64,000 nt of DNA from Vicugna vicugna. Taxonomy: Eukaryota. The notes under the pieces are model-generated. The model did no database searches. It worked only from the letters and a program-made list of their open reading frames with translations, and was not told where the DNA came from. Positions 13,233 through 25,352 of this stretch are shown in pieces. The DNA lies in the NCBI GenBank assembly GCA_013265495.1, contig MU058257.1, positions 920,020 through 984,019 of the forward strand. The letters are read 5' to 3'. The first letter of the stretch is position 1; the number at the start of each line of letters is the position of its first letter. Position numbers and translations under genes: made by a program.

Positions 13233-15501
13233 CGGCGTTTCTTCTCTTCTCTGCAGGATGCGAGGGGGAGGGGGCGTCCACAGGTACTGAGGGGCTTGGG
13301 CTACGCCGTGTCACGGTGCTGGCATTGCGGTGATAAAAGAAAGGCCTCCGGACCCCAGGGTTTCATTCTGCTCGGGCCCTGCCATGTTGTGACCTGCCAT
13401 TGTGACAGCCACAAACCTTTGAGATTCTCAGAAACTTCCAATTTCCTATCATTTCTTTTATTTTCTAATAAGAAGGCTTCCTGTTCTTCACCCAAATAAT
13501 GCATTTTTATAGATTTCTCTTTGTCCAATTGATAATTCACAATGAAGTCCCTTTCTTTGAATCGTGTATCTTAACTTCTGGCTGGAGAACAAGACCTCTC
13601 TGAAGAGTTGCCCCATGTATGGGTTTGGGACCAGAGTGCGTGGGGTGGATGAGCAAGCTACCCTCAGCCTGATCAGAGCAGGTGGCACCGAGGCAGCAAG
13701 AAGGAGCTGAGGGGCCCTAAAAAGACTGAGCTGATGTCCTCCTGAGAGTCTGCAATTCCTGGCACTGGAGTCACTTGTTTGGGTGAAGGTGTCCTATCAC
13801 CAATTAAAATAGATCCATGCTGTTGTTTATTGCTTCTAAGTATCTTACTTCACTGCATTGAAACAGACGGCCCGAGGACTGGGACGAGGTGGGGTGAAGG
13901 GGTAGGATACAGTGTAGGTGGATTTCAGTGTAAGCAGCAGATTCAGGACAAAATCAAGGCAGAGGAACCGACTGCATGATAACAGCCAGTCGTTCAGATC
14001 AGTGTCCAACAAGGCACTTTGGGTTGAGGTAGGTAAACATTGGAGGACCAGGATTTGCCAGGAAAAAAAAAGGTAATGATTGTCTTGCTGGCTAAGGTGC
14101 TTTTAGGAAAGCTTTGTGAAGAGTTTGGGTGGTTGGCGGGTGACGTGGTACCAAACGTTCAGGGTACAGGGCCTGAGCAAGGAGAGAAGGTCTAAGACAG
14201 GAGACCAGGGGCTGAGGACAAACCCTGCTGGCGAGTTCCTGAAAGCGTGACACTGACCCCTGGTCATGGCTCCTTGAATGGGCAGCCTGGGGTCTATCAC
14301 GCAAGCCCCACGCAGCTTCCGGCATGAGAATGGCAGTGGGCAGAGACCACCCCCCGAGTCTGTAAGGGACAGTCAGCTCTCTGGGACCCAGCTCCCTCCT
14401 GGTCTGCAGAGCAGGGGCAGCCGCCTTGGCCTCCCGCAGCGCTGTTTCCGCTGCACGTCCCAGCACTGCTACCGGCCAGTGGGCACTTCATTGGAAAGTG
14501 GGCCAAGAAGGGTCACAGGTCATGCCATCCCCTGACATCCCCACCTGCCGTCCACCCCCTACCTGTCTCTACGCGGCCACACAACAGCTAACCCCGCAGG
14601 CTCATCAGATCCGTCCTCCTTCATTCTTAAGATGCGGATGAAACACGATTCAAACCCGAAATTAGGTCCCAAGAGCGCCTTGCTGCCAAATTGGTCGGAT
14701 AAGTGGCAAGTGTGGCAAATCAGCCCCGAGTGAATGTAGAACATGAGAATCACAGTGATCATTCCTTGATGAGACAAGAGGACGAGTAGGAGGCAGGAAA
14801 CCGAGTGACCCATCCCTGACCTCCCACCATCGAGCGCTCAAGACCAGTCACAGCCGCCGGGGGAGAAGAGAAGGCTTTGCCGAGCACGCTGCGCAGACAA
14901 GGACGGCCTCTCCAGCACCGCGCTGCCTGTGGTGCGGGCTGGGGGGTGGTGGGGGTGGGGGTGGATCAAGTCGGGAGGGGACGCGTTGCGCACGGGAAGG
15001 GAAGTGGCCTGCACCCCTCCTCCCAGACGCCAGGGAACGGCCTCCGTTTTCCCGGCTCTGTCTGGGACACAGCACTCTCTCCGACGTGAGCCTGGACAGT
15101 CAGCCGCACATGGCCACCCCGGTGGATGTCCGCCCCTTGGAAACCATCCAGGTTCACTGCTCACGTTTCACTGTATGGAAGTTTATTCAGAAGCATTTTC
15201 CTGAGCCCTGGTTTTGCTTTCAGAGGCTACATCTAAGGTCCAAAGGGCATGTGGCTCTCTGGGAGCCAGACACCTCGGTTGCCTTCTTCAACAGCCGGAG
15301 GGAAACCTGCAACTGCCGGCCCACTGCGGGAGGGCCCACCCCGGCGGGTGGGGACCCGGGTAGCCCCATCTGTCACCTCCAGGCTCACTGCCACTTCCCC
15401 TCCGCCCCATGGACACAGGCTCAGGAGATTCCAACCACCTTTTACAGCAGCCTGAGATCGACAGGACACGTTCCCCTTGCAGTGAGAGGAATTTTGCGAT
15501 C

Positions 15502-15640
15502 ACATTCTTTCATCCTTCCATTTAGTTATTCAACAGATCGTTATTAAACACCTGCTGTATGCTGAGAATGGGCCTGAGCACTCAGGAGGCACACTGGACT
15601 TGGGAGAGATGACGGATTTCCTGGTCCGGGGGAAAGAAAC
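15502..15640 (-). mobile_element. L2 3' end
   Basis: 'ttattcaacagatcgttattaaacacctgctgtatgc' is an antisense L2 tail. Confidence 0.6.
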
Positions 15641-16214
15641 ACTGGCTGCTTAGTGTTTCATCACAATAAAGACGTATTTAAACAGGATTCTCTCCTGTGC
15701 TGGGAAAGATGTGCTCGACTGCCTAGGTGTGCCCCTTGAATAGCTCATCCTTCTATAGCTCTGCCTCCCCCGAGACTGTTTTCATTCCCCTTAGAATTGC
15801 TGGCTTGAGGCTATTACCCCTGACCACTTTCTCTGCCATAGGACGGAACGTGGACCCCAAGAAGACAGTGAGTCCAACCAAGAGTTGGCCTGAATATTCC
15901 TTTAGTAACGTCTGTGAGTCAAAAAAGTCATTACGCAGCCATTCCTCAAGGTAATGGAAGAAACAGGTAGATTATGGAGACTTGAACAGCTGTGCGGGGT
16001 TTCCAGACCCCATGATGAAACTGATGGGTCCGACGCCTAGGAGGAATTACAAATATGTCACTCTGCTAATTGGGACAAGAGAAGAAACAAACAGCAAACA
16101 CAGGGAATATCTTACATTTTGACAAGCAGACCCGAAGAGGTGCACACCACAGCGAACTCGGGGGCTGCTTCCATCTGCGTCAGCAAACATATTCTGTCAG
16201 AAACTTACTAAAAA

Positions 16215-16900
16215 CAACTGTATACATTGACTGTGGTGTGTTATTGTCGGCATTGTAAACTGGATAAACTTTGGTGGGAAAGCAGTATGACTGAGTAGAC
16301 AGAGGAACAAAGATGGTCATAAATTTGGGTTTAGTAGTTTCATTCCTAAGACCTCATTCTGGGGGGAGGGTGTAGCCCAGTGGTAGAGCACATGCTTAGC
16401 AAGCACAAGGTCCTGGGTTCAATCCCCAGCGCCTCTGTTAAAAAATAAAATAAATCTAATTATCCCCCTCTCAAAAAAAAAAAAAAAACCTGAATCAAAC
16501 CAAAAAAGTAATAAAGTAAAAAAAAATAATAAAGATTTTATCCTAAGAAAATTATTCAGTAGAAGCAAAATTTCTATGAAGGAAAAGTATTCTCTATAAA
16601 GTTGTCAACATGAGGGGAAAAAAGGATACATTCTGAATGTCCAGTAACCAGACGCTGTGGATATGCTATGCAATAAATTAACATGCAGTCACCGAGAGAA
16701 ATAGCTGAGAAAAGTACGGGCAATGTGAAAAATGTGAGGGAGCGTTATTTTTGTTTTTAAAGAAGCAGAGTTAAAAGTGATCCTGGGATGGCCACCTTGG
16801 AAAACATGAACAGTAAGTGAAAGTAGTAGCAATTGTGAGGGGATGACATGAGTAGGGTGTTTTCCAATGTCTTTTTCACATTGTTATGGCTCATTTTTGA
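16215..16900 (+). mobile_element. Highly diverged L1ME-like fragment interrupted by a SINE
   Basis: 'tgtaaactggataaactttggtgggaaagcagt' before the SINE and 'ttttatcctaagaaaattattcag...tctgaatgtccagtaac' after it. Confidence 0.5.
16361..16530 (+). mobile_element. tRNA-Ala-derived SINE (camelid Vic-1-like)
   Basis: GGGGGGAGGG leader, A-box 'tagcccagtgg', AGC anticodon arm 'tgcttagcaagca', B-box 'gggttcaatccc', then an AT-rich body and poly(A) tail. Confidence 0.85.
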
Positions 16901-19548
16901 GGAAAAAGTGCTCACAAATGAAATCTAAGGTCTCTCTGTCCAATACACGATGGTCTCGCACCGTCTCATACCAGTCTCGTGAGTGAAGGGGCACGGCAGG
17001 GGCTGGGAAGTGGCTTTTAACCAAGACCTGCACCGAGGATGCTGAGGGGTGAGAGATGTGCGGGAGCAGATGGAGCGCGGGGAGAATGGCGGTTGCTTCT
17101 TCCCGGAACCGCGTCCGCCGGCTCCGTGTCGCACAGCACATCGCACTCAGCGGCGGGCTGCCCAGGACGCCAGCATCCTGGTGGGCGTCCTCCACAGAAA
17201 GCATGGCAAAGCCCACCCAGCAGAGCCAGACTGAAAGGTTTGTAATTAGATCAAAAGGGCTGAGTGGGGTCTGGGTTTCACATGACATGTATTTTTTTCA
17301 TCTACTTTCTCACTCAAATACTTTTGTTGTCAGTGTCTCTAGGATACATTCACCCTGGTTGCATTGAATGTAGTATTATTTTGTTACTCTTTTTTGTAAT
17401 GTTGTATGATATAAATGTGACTCTTCATTAGACTTACAGATTCTTTCCTAGGCATTTGAGAGGAGTCGGTCAAGGTCCTTCACCTAAGCTTACTCACACA
17501 CACACACACATACACACCAGCCCCCACCTTTTTCTTAAAGGAAAGAAAGACAAAGACCTGAAAGCCGCCAGGAAGCTGGACCCCCCCCCTTTTGTTTGTG
17601 CTCAGCCTTTTTGATCCGGACTTCCTGGGAGGAGAAACCACCCGTGCAGGAAGCCAGAGGGCAGCCGGTTTTTGTATTTCCCTAATTTCCTGGGGAGGAC
17701 CCCCTGGATCTGACCTGTTGTCTTTCCCCAAGAAACACGGGGACCCTGACGCCACTATTTTAATAAATAGATGGTTCTCAAAGCCCTCGGATGCCTTTTG
17801 ATAAAGCCACCCCTCCATGAAAGGAAGGTTTTCCCTGCACCCCCAGCCCCAGCCTCCAGGACTCCAGGTGACTTCTCCACCCAGTGCAACGCTTCCCAGC
17901 CTCACCCCCTGCAGGGGTCTTGGTCCCCTCAGGACCATGTGTGAGCAGAGGAGAAACACAGTTGCGTCCTCTGAGCTGTAACCTGGTTACTCAAAAGAAA
18001 CAGTTTTCCTTCTAACAGCTTTTCTCTGCTTCTTTGTTACTAAGTATTACCTGCAGAGTACAGTGAAGCTATCACAGTTGCTGTATTAGTGAGGACATTG
18101 AAAATAGACTAAAAATTCGTAACCACTATACTGACACCATCTTCTGTATTTTGGCTTCTGACTGTCACGTGAAAATCCCGAGGATGGCGGCTTCCACGCG
18201 TCTAGCATTGGCCTGGGCATGATTTGCCCTCTGGAATCACACCCGACTTTGAGGAGGGGCACCAGGAGGGCAGTTCCAGAATTGCTCAGCAAGATGCAAA
18301 GCGAAAGACTATCAAACCTGCTGTTTGAGGCAAACTGGCATCACATTGTACGAGCATTTCTTGACTTCCCAAATCTGGCCAATGCTGCTCTGATGGAGAA
18401 AAATCCCAGCCTTGGAAAGCCATCACCCTATTCAGGACACCGTCCATTTCCTTAGCTCTGGAGTAGAGAAAATTCCAGTAGAGAATATATTTCCACTCTG
18501 TTCCTTATAAATGACCACCATCTGTTTCTTCGACAATTTTTTAAGATGTGGTACTTTGTAAGCTACCATAAAATTCCAATTTAATTCATATACATCAGAA
18601 TAAAAGGGCTGGAAGTGTTTAGGGGGTGCAATCTAGGCAGGGAGAAGGCGGGCACTCTGACAAGGAAGGAAATTCTGGGGTTCCAGCCCTTCCAATGAAG
18701 CGTGGCTTAGCCTGGCGTGTAGGCGCCCCTCCCGGAGTCTGGGTCACGAAGTGAGCCCAAAGACAGCCGTCACCCAGAGCACCCTGAAAAGCCTCCTTCT
18801 TTATAAAACATTTCCTTCTCAGATTCGCAGCTCCTGACCCACAGCTACGCTCGCTTGGTGACTGAGAACTTTTACCACTTGGGCTGTTTTGTAAGGAGAC
18901 CAAATAAAGTGAGCAAGTGCAAGGTTTTCAGCCAGAGTCCGTTATGAGTATTTTTTTGTGACCTCTGCTTCACCACCAGTATGAGCTATGCTCAGACAAA
19001 AGTTCCCAGGGAAGTGACAGTAAGGCTGCTCTCTGTCTGCGTGCGGGAATTCCAGGGTGGACACTGGGGTCGCTCTTGTGGAGTCAGACATTCAAAAGCC
19101 TTGGTGGCGGCTGGCAAGGCGCTTTTACTGGGCACGATTTCACCATCAGAGTTCAGATACAGCCTTTCACATTTCCTGTGCGTTTGTGCCCCTCCTTCTC
19201 CAAATATGTAACTCCCTAACTCTCTGCATCCTTTATTGTCTTCTAAGGAATTGATAAGCCTCTCGCTTCTGGCACCAACTCCAAGGTCTCCTTTCTAGTT
19301 ACAATATCTCTTCAGATGTGCAACAAAGCAGAATCAACCGGATCCTCTAAGGAGACGAGTCAGAGTCACTGTGAGAACAGAGGACAGCCTTTCTCAGAGC
19401 GTTGTTTATTATCATCAGTTGTTAAGCACGCGTAAAAGTGCTTAACACGGTACCTCTGCGTAAAGCAGGACTTCGAGGACAGTCAGTCCTCCGGTGAGGG
19501 GCGCGGGGCGGGGGCGTGAGGGAAGCAGCGCATCCGCCCTGGCAGACG

Positions 19549-19953
19549 CTGGGGAGGAAAGCCTCTCCTGCGCCTCTGGGTTCTCTGGCTGGTCTAATAA
19601 TTACATTGACAGAAGACAGATTATCAGGAGAAAAACAAATTTAATTTCGGGTGTACGGGAACCTATATAATATGAGACTCTCTGACCAGAGCAGGCAGCT
19701 TTAATACCTTTTGGCCAAGGAAACAATAAACTTGTGAAGAATTGACAAAACAAAGGGGTTTGTCCTGAGGCGGTAAATTTGGGAAGAAGTCCCAGGGTTT
19801 GTTTACCCAGCCCCCTTGGCACTGAATTCCCCGTTCCTGGCGGTAAGGGAAGGGCAGCTTCACATGGGAGGTTCCTTGACTGCTTTCAGGGGACAGGGCA
19901 GGGTCCTCTTTCGGCACCTGTGCTTTTGAGGTGGCTTATTTCACTCCCCTCCA
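19549..19953 (-). mobile_element. ERV1-class LTR (LTR39/MER4-group-like)
   Basis: 'agacagattatcaggagaaaaacaaatttaatt...acaataaacttgtgaagaattgacaaaacaaagggg'. Homologous to 57090-57650. Confidence 0.7.
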
Positions 19954-20653
19954 GTTCTGCCTTTGAAACTGAGTCGGTAAATTGCTCTGTCGAACTAGTA
20001 TCTTAGTCTTGAACACGAATCAGTGCGGGTCAACAGCTGCGTCTCATTTTAGGCAGCGGTGCTGAGGGTGGGCCCCCACAGCCAGTCCCACGTGGCGCGT
20101 CAGGTATTTAATAAGAGATATTTCTATGGAAGTGGAAGAAAAGCAATGGCTAATGGGCAGGGCAGACCACAAGCCCGGCTTCTGGGTCTCGAAGGCAGCG
20201 AGGCGGGACAATCTCTCGATGTCGGGCTTGCAGCATCTTCAGGTGAAGGGAAGCAGGTGGGGGCGTCCTGACAGATTTTCCTGGTTTGCGGACGGAACAT
20301 CTCTGGTGGTCTTTCTGAGTGGCTCACACAGCAAGAGGCACGAAGATGGCCCAAACACGCGCCGTGGTGGTGAACGCGCCTAAGTTTACATCCAGTGGCC
20401 CAGCTTTTAGCTTACGTGGCTTTGGGAAGAGGTGATTCGAGTTCTCAGTGATGCCAAGTCAGAAGGGTGAGGAAAAATTGGAAGCATGAGTTTGGAGAGT
20501 TGTAGCCAAATGTCGGAGGAGTCTGGAAGAAGGCAGGATCCCATTCGATTTACAGGTAGAAAGCAAAACCTCAAAGACCATGACCAGAACTAGAATCTAA
20601 TATCCATAAATGTGTGTTTTCATTTCTACTCAAACGTAATTTTTCTCTCTACA
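19954..20653 (-). mobile_element. ERV1 non-coding internal segment next to the LTR (MER4-group-int-like)
   Basis: 'aaaattggaagcatgagtttggagagttgtagcca...ttacaggtag...ctcaaagac...ctagaatctaata' resembles MER4-group internal sequence. No intact ORF. Confidence 0.65.
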
Positions 20654-21179
20654 CAGAAGATGCTAGACTGGAAACTCAGGCTAGAAATAGGGAACAGGGC
20701 TAGTCCAGTATGATTACCAAGCTTCCGAATAGAAGCCTTCCACTAGTTACGACAAGAAAATTGCATGTGCTGTCCTTTGAGAAGATACAGCCACTGTTAA
20801 AGCCACATCATTAAAAAAAGAAAAAGTAAGCCACACCAGGATAAATAGAACCAGGCTCACTCACTTTCATAAAGAAGTAAAGAGGCACAGCTTCCCAAAC
20901 CTGCTCATGTCAGTATTCACAAAGGAGGGTGGTAAATATGGGGTGCACCCAAGACCCTTGGGGGTAGAGTTTGAAATTACCTGCTGTAAACCAGAAATTT
21001 ACTTATGATTTCTCATTTTCACTTTAGAAAGCTCTCTGTGGATTGTGCATTCTATTCCCTAATATTCTCATTTCCATTTTAATATAAAAATAATGTTGTA
21101 AATGGCCATTTGTGGGTCCCAGGCCCCTACAGGGTTTAAGTGTCTCGACTTAACAAGCAGCAAGTGGAGAACATAGTTT

Positions 21180-21525
21180 GACCCATACAAAGTGCTTGGA
21201 AACCCTGTGAAGATTCGGATTCAGACTCTATGCCCAGGACAGGCTCCCAGATTCTGCGTATCTGAACAAACTCCCAGGTTGTTCCTGTGCAGCTGGTCCA
21301 AGAGCTGCACTTTGAGCAGCAAGGGTGTAGACCAGCAAGTTGCACAGGGATCTCTGGCAAGCTGCTGCAGCATCTCCTGAGAACTCGCTACAAACGCAGA
21401 CTCTTGGCCGCTCATTCACATCTACTGAATCCGAAACTCCAGGGATGAGGCCCAGGAATGCGTGTTTTTAGCAAACCCTCCAAGAGGGCTTCTGTGGTAC
21501 AGAGATGGCTTCAGGGTCCATGCAG
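21180..21525. mobile_element. Adjacent MER5A/MER5B-like hAT-Charlie MITE fragments
   Basis: 'ctggtccaagagctgcactttgagcagcaagg' and 'ctactgaatccgaaactccagggatgaggcccaggaatgcgtgtttttagcaaaccctcca'. Confidence 0.75.
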
Positions 21526-23099
21526 ATGGCTTAAAACCGAGAAATGGAATTTCCTGGACCTGATTCAGGAGCCGAGAGTCAGAGCCGAACTTGCTGTGAC
21601 CAGGGAAACAAACACGCTGCACAGTGAAGACCCAGAGGGGGTCCCCGGGGGAGGGATCTGTAGGCATCTTCCCACTGGAAGAGTCACGGCGCAGAAACAG
21701 AGTAAGTTACAAGCCGGATAAATTCACACACACGTGACAGGACCCTCGGTCCCGCGAGAGTCTGTCACTTGGAGTTTTCCTTCCACCGTCTTCCTCCCTC
21801 ACAAAGATGAGACAGGCTTTTCTTCAAGATTTGAGGGTCCACGTTCATTTACATCCTCAGCACTGAAGGGCTGCAAACAAATGTTCCCTGCAGAGTGAAT
21901 GGTAGCACTCAATCCTTTAGGGGCCGTGGATATTTTCGTTTTTAAACAACTTCATGTTACAGTTATTGAAGAATTGACACCCCCTTGGCCAACCCAGGGA
22001 GGCTGCATGCTCTTTGAGAAGCCAGCTTTATGAAAAAGGCCTTCCTTCCGCCCACATCCTTCCCTGCCTCTACCCTCTCCTCCACCGGAAGTGTTCATTC
22101 CAGCTTCCAGAGTATCTGCTTGGTTGAAAGGTTTAAATCATTCATTTTACTTTAGAATTAATATGTGACACGGAGTAGTAGGCGTTCGTGGCAGGAAATT
22201 AATGTCTTGGGAAAATATTATCTGGTGAGATAAATACATACCATATGGTGTGTCCTGTGTATTATCTAATGCATCTCAGGCATGTTTCCTGGGAATTGTA
22301 CCTAGGTGGTGAAAAGCAATGGTTTTCCCATAAATTCTCCTGTGCCAAGGTCTTGCTTTGCAGACGTGAAGGGTGTGCCCGGGTGAATGCCGTATTTGAA
22401 TGTGGACCTCAGGGACTAGCAGACCATGCTGACGCACAGCGGCAGAGCCAGGAAATACTTGGTTGGTTGGACCTTTTCTAATTGTTTTCTTTTTCTTTTT
22501 TTTCTTTTTGATCAAAAGCAAAATCAAAGCTATTTTCGGTACAAAACCAAATTCTAAACAACACCCAGTAGAATTAGCCAAGCAACATTTCACCGGAAAA
22601 TCACCTACAGAATTCAGTGCGCAATTTAGAATTAGTAATTGGTGTGTTAAATGGATGTGCGGAGAGAGTGCCGAGGGGATGAGTCAACAATTCTGAAAGA
22701 ACCTTAATTTCAGGATTTCCTGAGTGAGTGCTCCAAATTATAAGCCTACCTCCACATTAGCACATGGGTTAGAGATGTCAGGTCACCCAGACATCGGTTG
22801 TGTGCATAATTTTAAAAAGAATAAATACCACTTAGGAAATTGCTCTGGTTCATTCTGCCAGAAGGAACACCCTTTCTGGGCACATAGCCACCAAGCAGTT
22901 GTGCCGCTTTCTTGGTGACTATGGAACCCTGAAACACGGTCTGCAATTTTATCAAAGGATTCATTGCAGTGACTCAGGGCATAATCAGGGATAGCAGCTG
23001 TTAGAACCTAGAATGATGGCCTGGGGTTCCTTAGAAGGACATTAGCTTTCATCTGAACATACTGTTGACCTTTCAGTTATTTATTTAAACTTGAGTCCT

Positions 23100-23250
23100 A
23101 CCATCTTACCGTCTCTACTGCCCACAACCATCACTCCTTATCAACTCACGTCTAAGATTTGGCAATAGCCCCTGTATGTCTCCTAGGCTTCAGTCTTGCC
23201 CAGCACAGTCCATCTTCTATGCAACAGCCAGCACGAGCCTTCGAGAGCTT
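23100..23250 (+). mobile_element. L2 fragment
   Basis: 'gcaatagcccctgtatgtctcc...tccatcttctatgcaacagccag'. Confidence 0.5.
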
Positions 23251-24227
23251 CTTACCCAGCTGAGGCTCCCGGGCAGGAAGGGCAACCCACTCCTGGAGCA
23301 GCTATCTACAATGGCAGCCCTTCAGGTCTCCCAAGATGGGAAGGTTTCCCACAGTCAACTCGCCACTATAGGACCTGTTGGTCCCTCGGCACCAGCTCAG
23401 GGGCTCACTGTTGGGGTCTGCGGCAGACAAGTTGGACATTCAAAGCCAGCAGTGGTGAGACAGGCCTTGGGGAGTGGACTTCATGCTGCTGGACTTGGTC
23501 GTAGCCTGTCTCTGCCACCGTGGCCGTCCTGTCCTTGGGACTGTTGTGTGACTTCTGCATGGCTGATGATGAAACGGACCAATGTCAACTGGCCAAGTCA
23601 CTGTGTCTGCTTAGTCACTCAGTGCCACCTCTGTGATGCGCTCAGGTGGGCCTGAACATGTGATGTAAACATCGTACACTCTGTGCCCACTCAGATTGTC
23701 CATCCCCATGCCCCTCTCCCAGAACTCCTGGTCTCAACCTCCCCTTCCTTTCCCTTCCAGGCCACTGCCCGGTAGCCTGTCTGTTTTTGCATCTCAGGCA
23801 ATGTGAGGGTCAATGCTTTGCCCGTTAGGAAAACTTTCCCTTTCTCCTGCCTTTCAGTCACCTGCGAATGTGGCCTTACTGCAGCCCCCATCCTTTTTTG
23901 GCTTGCACGCACATACAGAGCCAACTTGTCTGCACATCAGCCTTGACTTTTCACGTCCTTAGGGATGGACTGGGTGCGCTGGTGAGACCACAGCTGGTGA
24001 GGGGGCCTGGCGCTACCTGCTAATGAGTCTGACCTGTGCCCTCTGGTTCTGTTCGGACTCGGCCTTGGCTGCCCTGCTTCCATCTTGTAATGGTTTTCTG
24101 GGCTTATTGACTTTAGGACGTGGAGGGTCCAAGAGAACTCAGCTCGTAACAGCAAGTTCTGGATTCATGGTCACTTGGTGCTCCATCTCCCAGCACTCCG
24201 ACTCCAGCAGGGCTAGTGACACGGCGG

Positions 24228-24561
24228 GTTTTAGTTTTTTAAGGACCCTCCATACCGTTCTCCATAGTGTCTGCACTAATTTGCACTCCCGCCCACAGTG
24301 TGTGCGGGCTCCCTCCTCCCCACACCCTCTCCAGCATTTATTAGTTGTAGACTTTTTAACAATGGCCATCCTGACTGCTGCTAGGTGCTACCTCTTTGTA
24401 ATTTTCATTTGCACTTCTCTAATGATTAGTGATGTTGAGCATTTTTTCACGTGCTGATAGGCCACCTGGATGTCTTCTTTGGAGAAATGTTTCTTTAGGT
24501 CTTCTGTCTGTGTTTTGATGGGGTAATTTGTTTTTTGTTACTAAGTTATATGAGCTGTTTG
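24228..24561 (-). mobile_element. L1 ORF2 fragment (cysteine-rich domain)
   Basis: ORF 24139..24369 [20 protein letters not shown]...[20 protein letters not shown] matches the L1 ORF2 CCHC region. Confidence 0.9.
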
Positions 24562-24566
24562 CCTCC

Positions 24567-25352
24567 CACTTTAAAAAAGGAGATACATGAATGACAAACA
24601 ACATAAAGATATGCTTAACATCACTGAGCATTGGAAAATGCAAATTAAAACCACGATAACATACCACTACATATGCACTGGAATATAGCAAACGAGAAAG
24701 ACTGACAATACCATCGGTTGCTAAGGATCTAAACCCTAGAATGCTCATATATTGCTGGTGAAAGGCAAAATGGTCCAACCGATCTGGCAACCACCTTGGC
24801 AGTTTCTGATACAGTTAAACACGCACTTAACATATAGTCCAATAATTCTTTTCCCATGTATTTACCCAAGATAATGGGAAATATATGTTCCTACTTGTAA
24901 ATTAGTGTTCACAGCAGTGTTGTTTAGACTGGCCCCAGAGTGGAATCAGTCTCCATCTGAGCACATCCGTGGAGTCACACAATGGAATAACCACTTAGCG
25001 ATAGTAGGGAAGAACCTGCTGATTGCGCAACAGCATAGAGCAATCGCCAAAGGATCATGCTACGTGAAAAGGGCCAGAGATCAAAGGTGGCGTAATTCTA
25101 TTTGTATAAAATTCTAGAAAAGGCAAAACTATAGTAGTAGGTCAGTGGCTTCTAAAACCTGGAGATGAAGATGAAGACGGATGGAAAGTGAGCACGAGGG
25201 AGCTTTGTCTGGGTGATGGAAATGTTCTGTGTCCCATCAGAGAAGAGGTAGTTACACAACCCTACACATTCGTCAGAACTCATTGAATTTTACACTTACA
25301 GTTGGTGAACTTCACTGCATATAAATCATAGCTCAATAGGCTGATTTTACAA
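24567..25352 (+). mobile_element. Older L1 (L1MB/L1ME-like) ORF2 end and 3' UTR
   Basis: 'aaatgcaaattaaaaccac', 'ttggcagtttct', 'tatttacccaaga', 'gggtgatggaaatgttctg' and 'tcagaactcattgaa'. Confidence 0.85.

Noticed and set aside
16361..16437. Possible functional tRNA-Ala(AGC) gene
   Set aside because: The extra GGGGGGA leader, mismatched stems, SINE body and poly(A) tail, and insertion within an old L1 all indicate a SINE.
24228..25352. Divergent L1 pair as a twin-primed single insertion
   Set aside because: Both pieces cover the same ORF2 C-terminal region and look like different-aged subfamilies, so they are two events.
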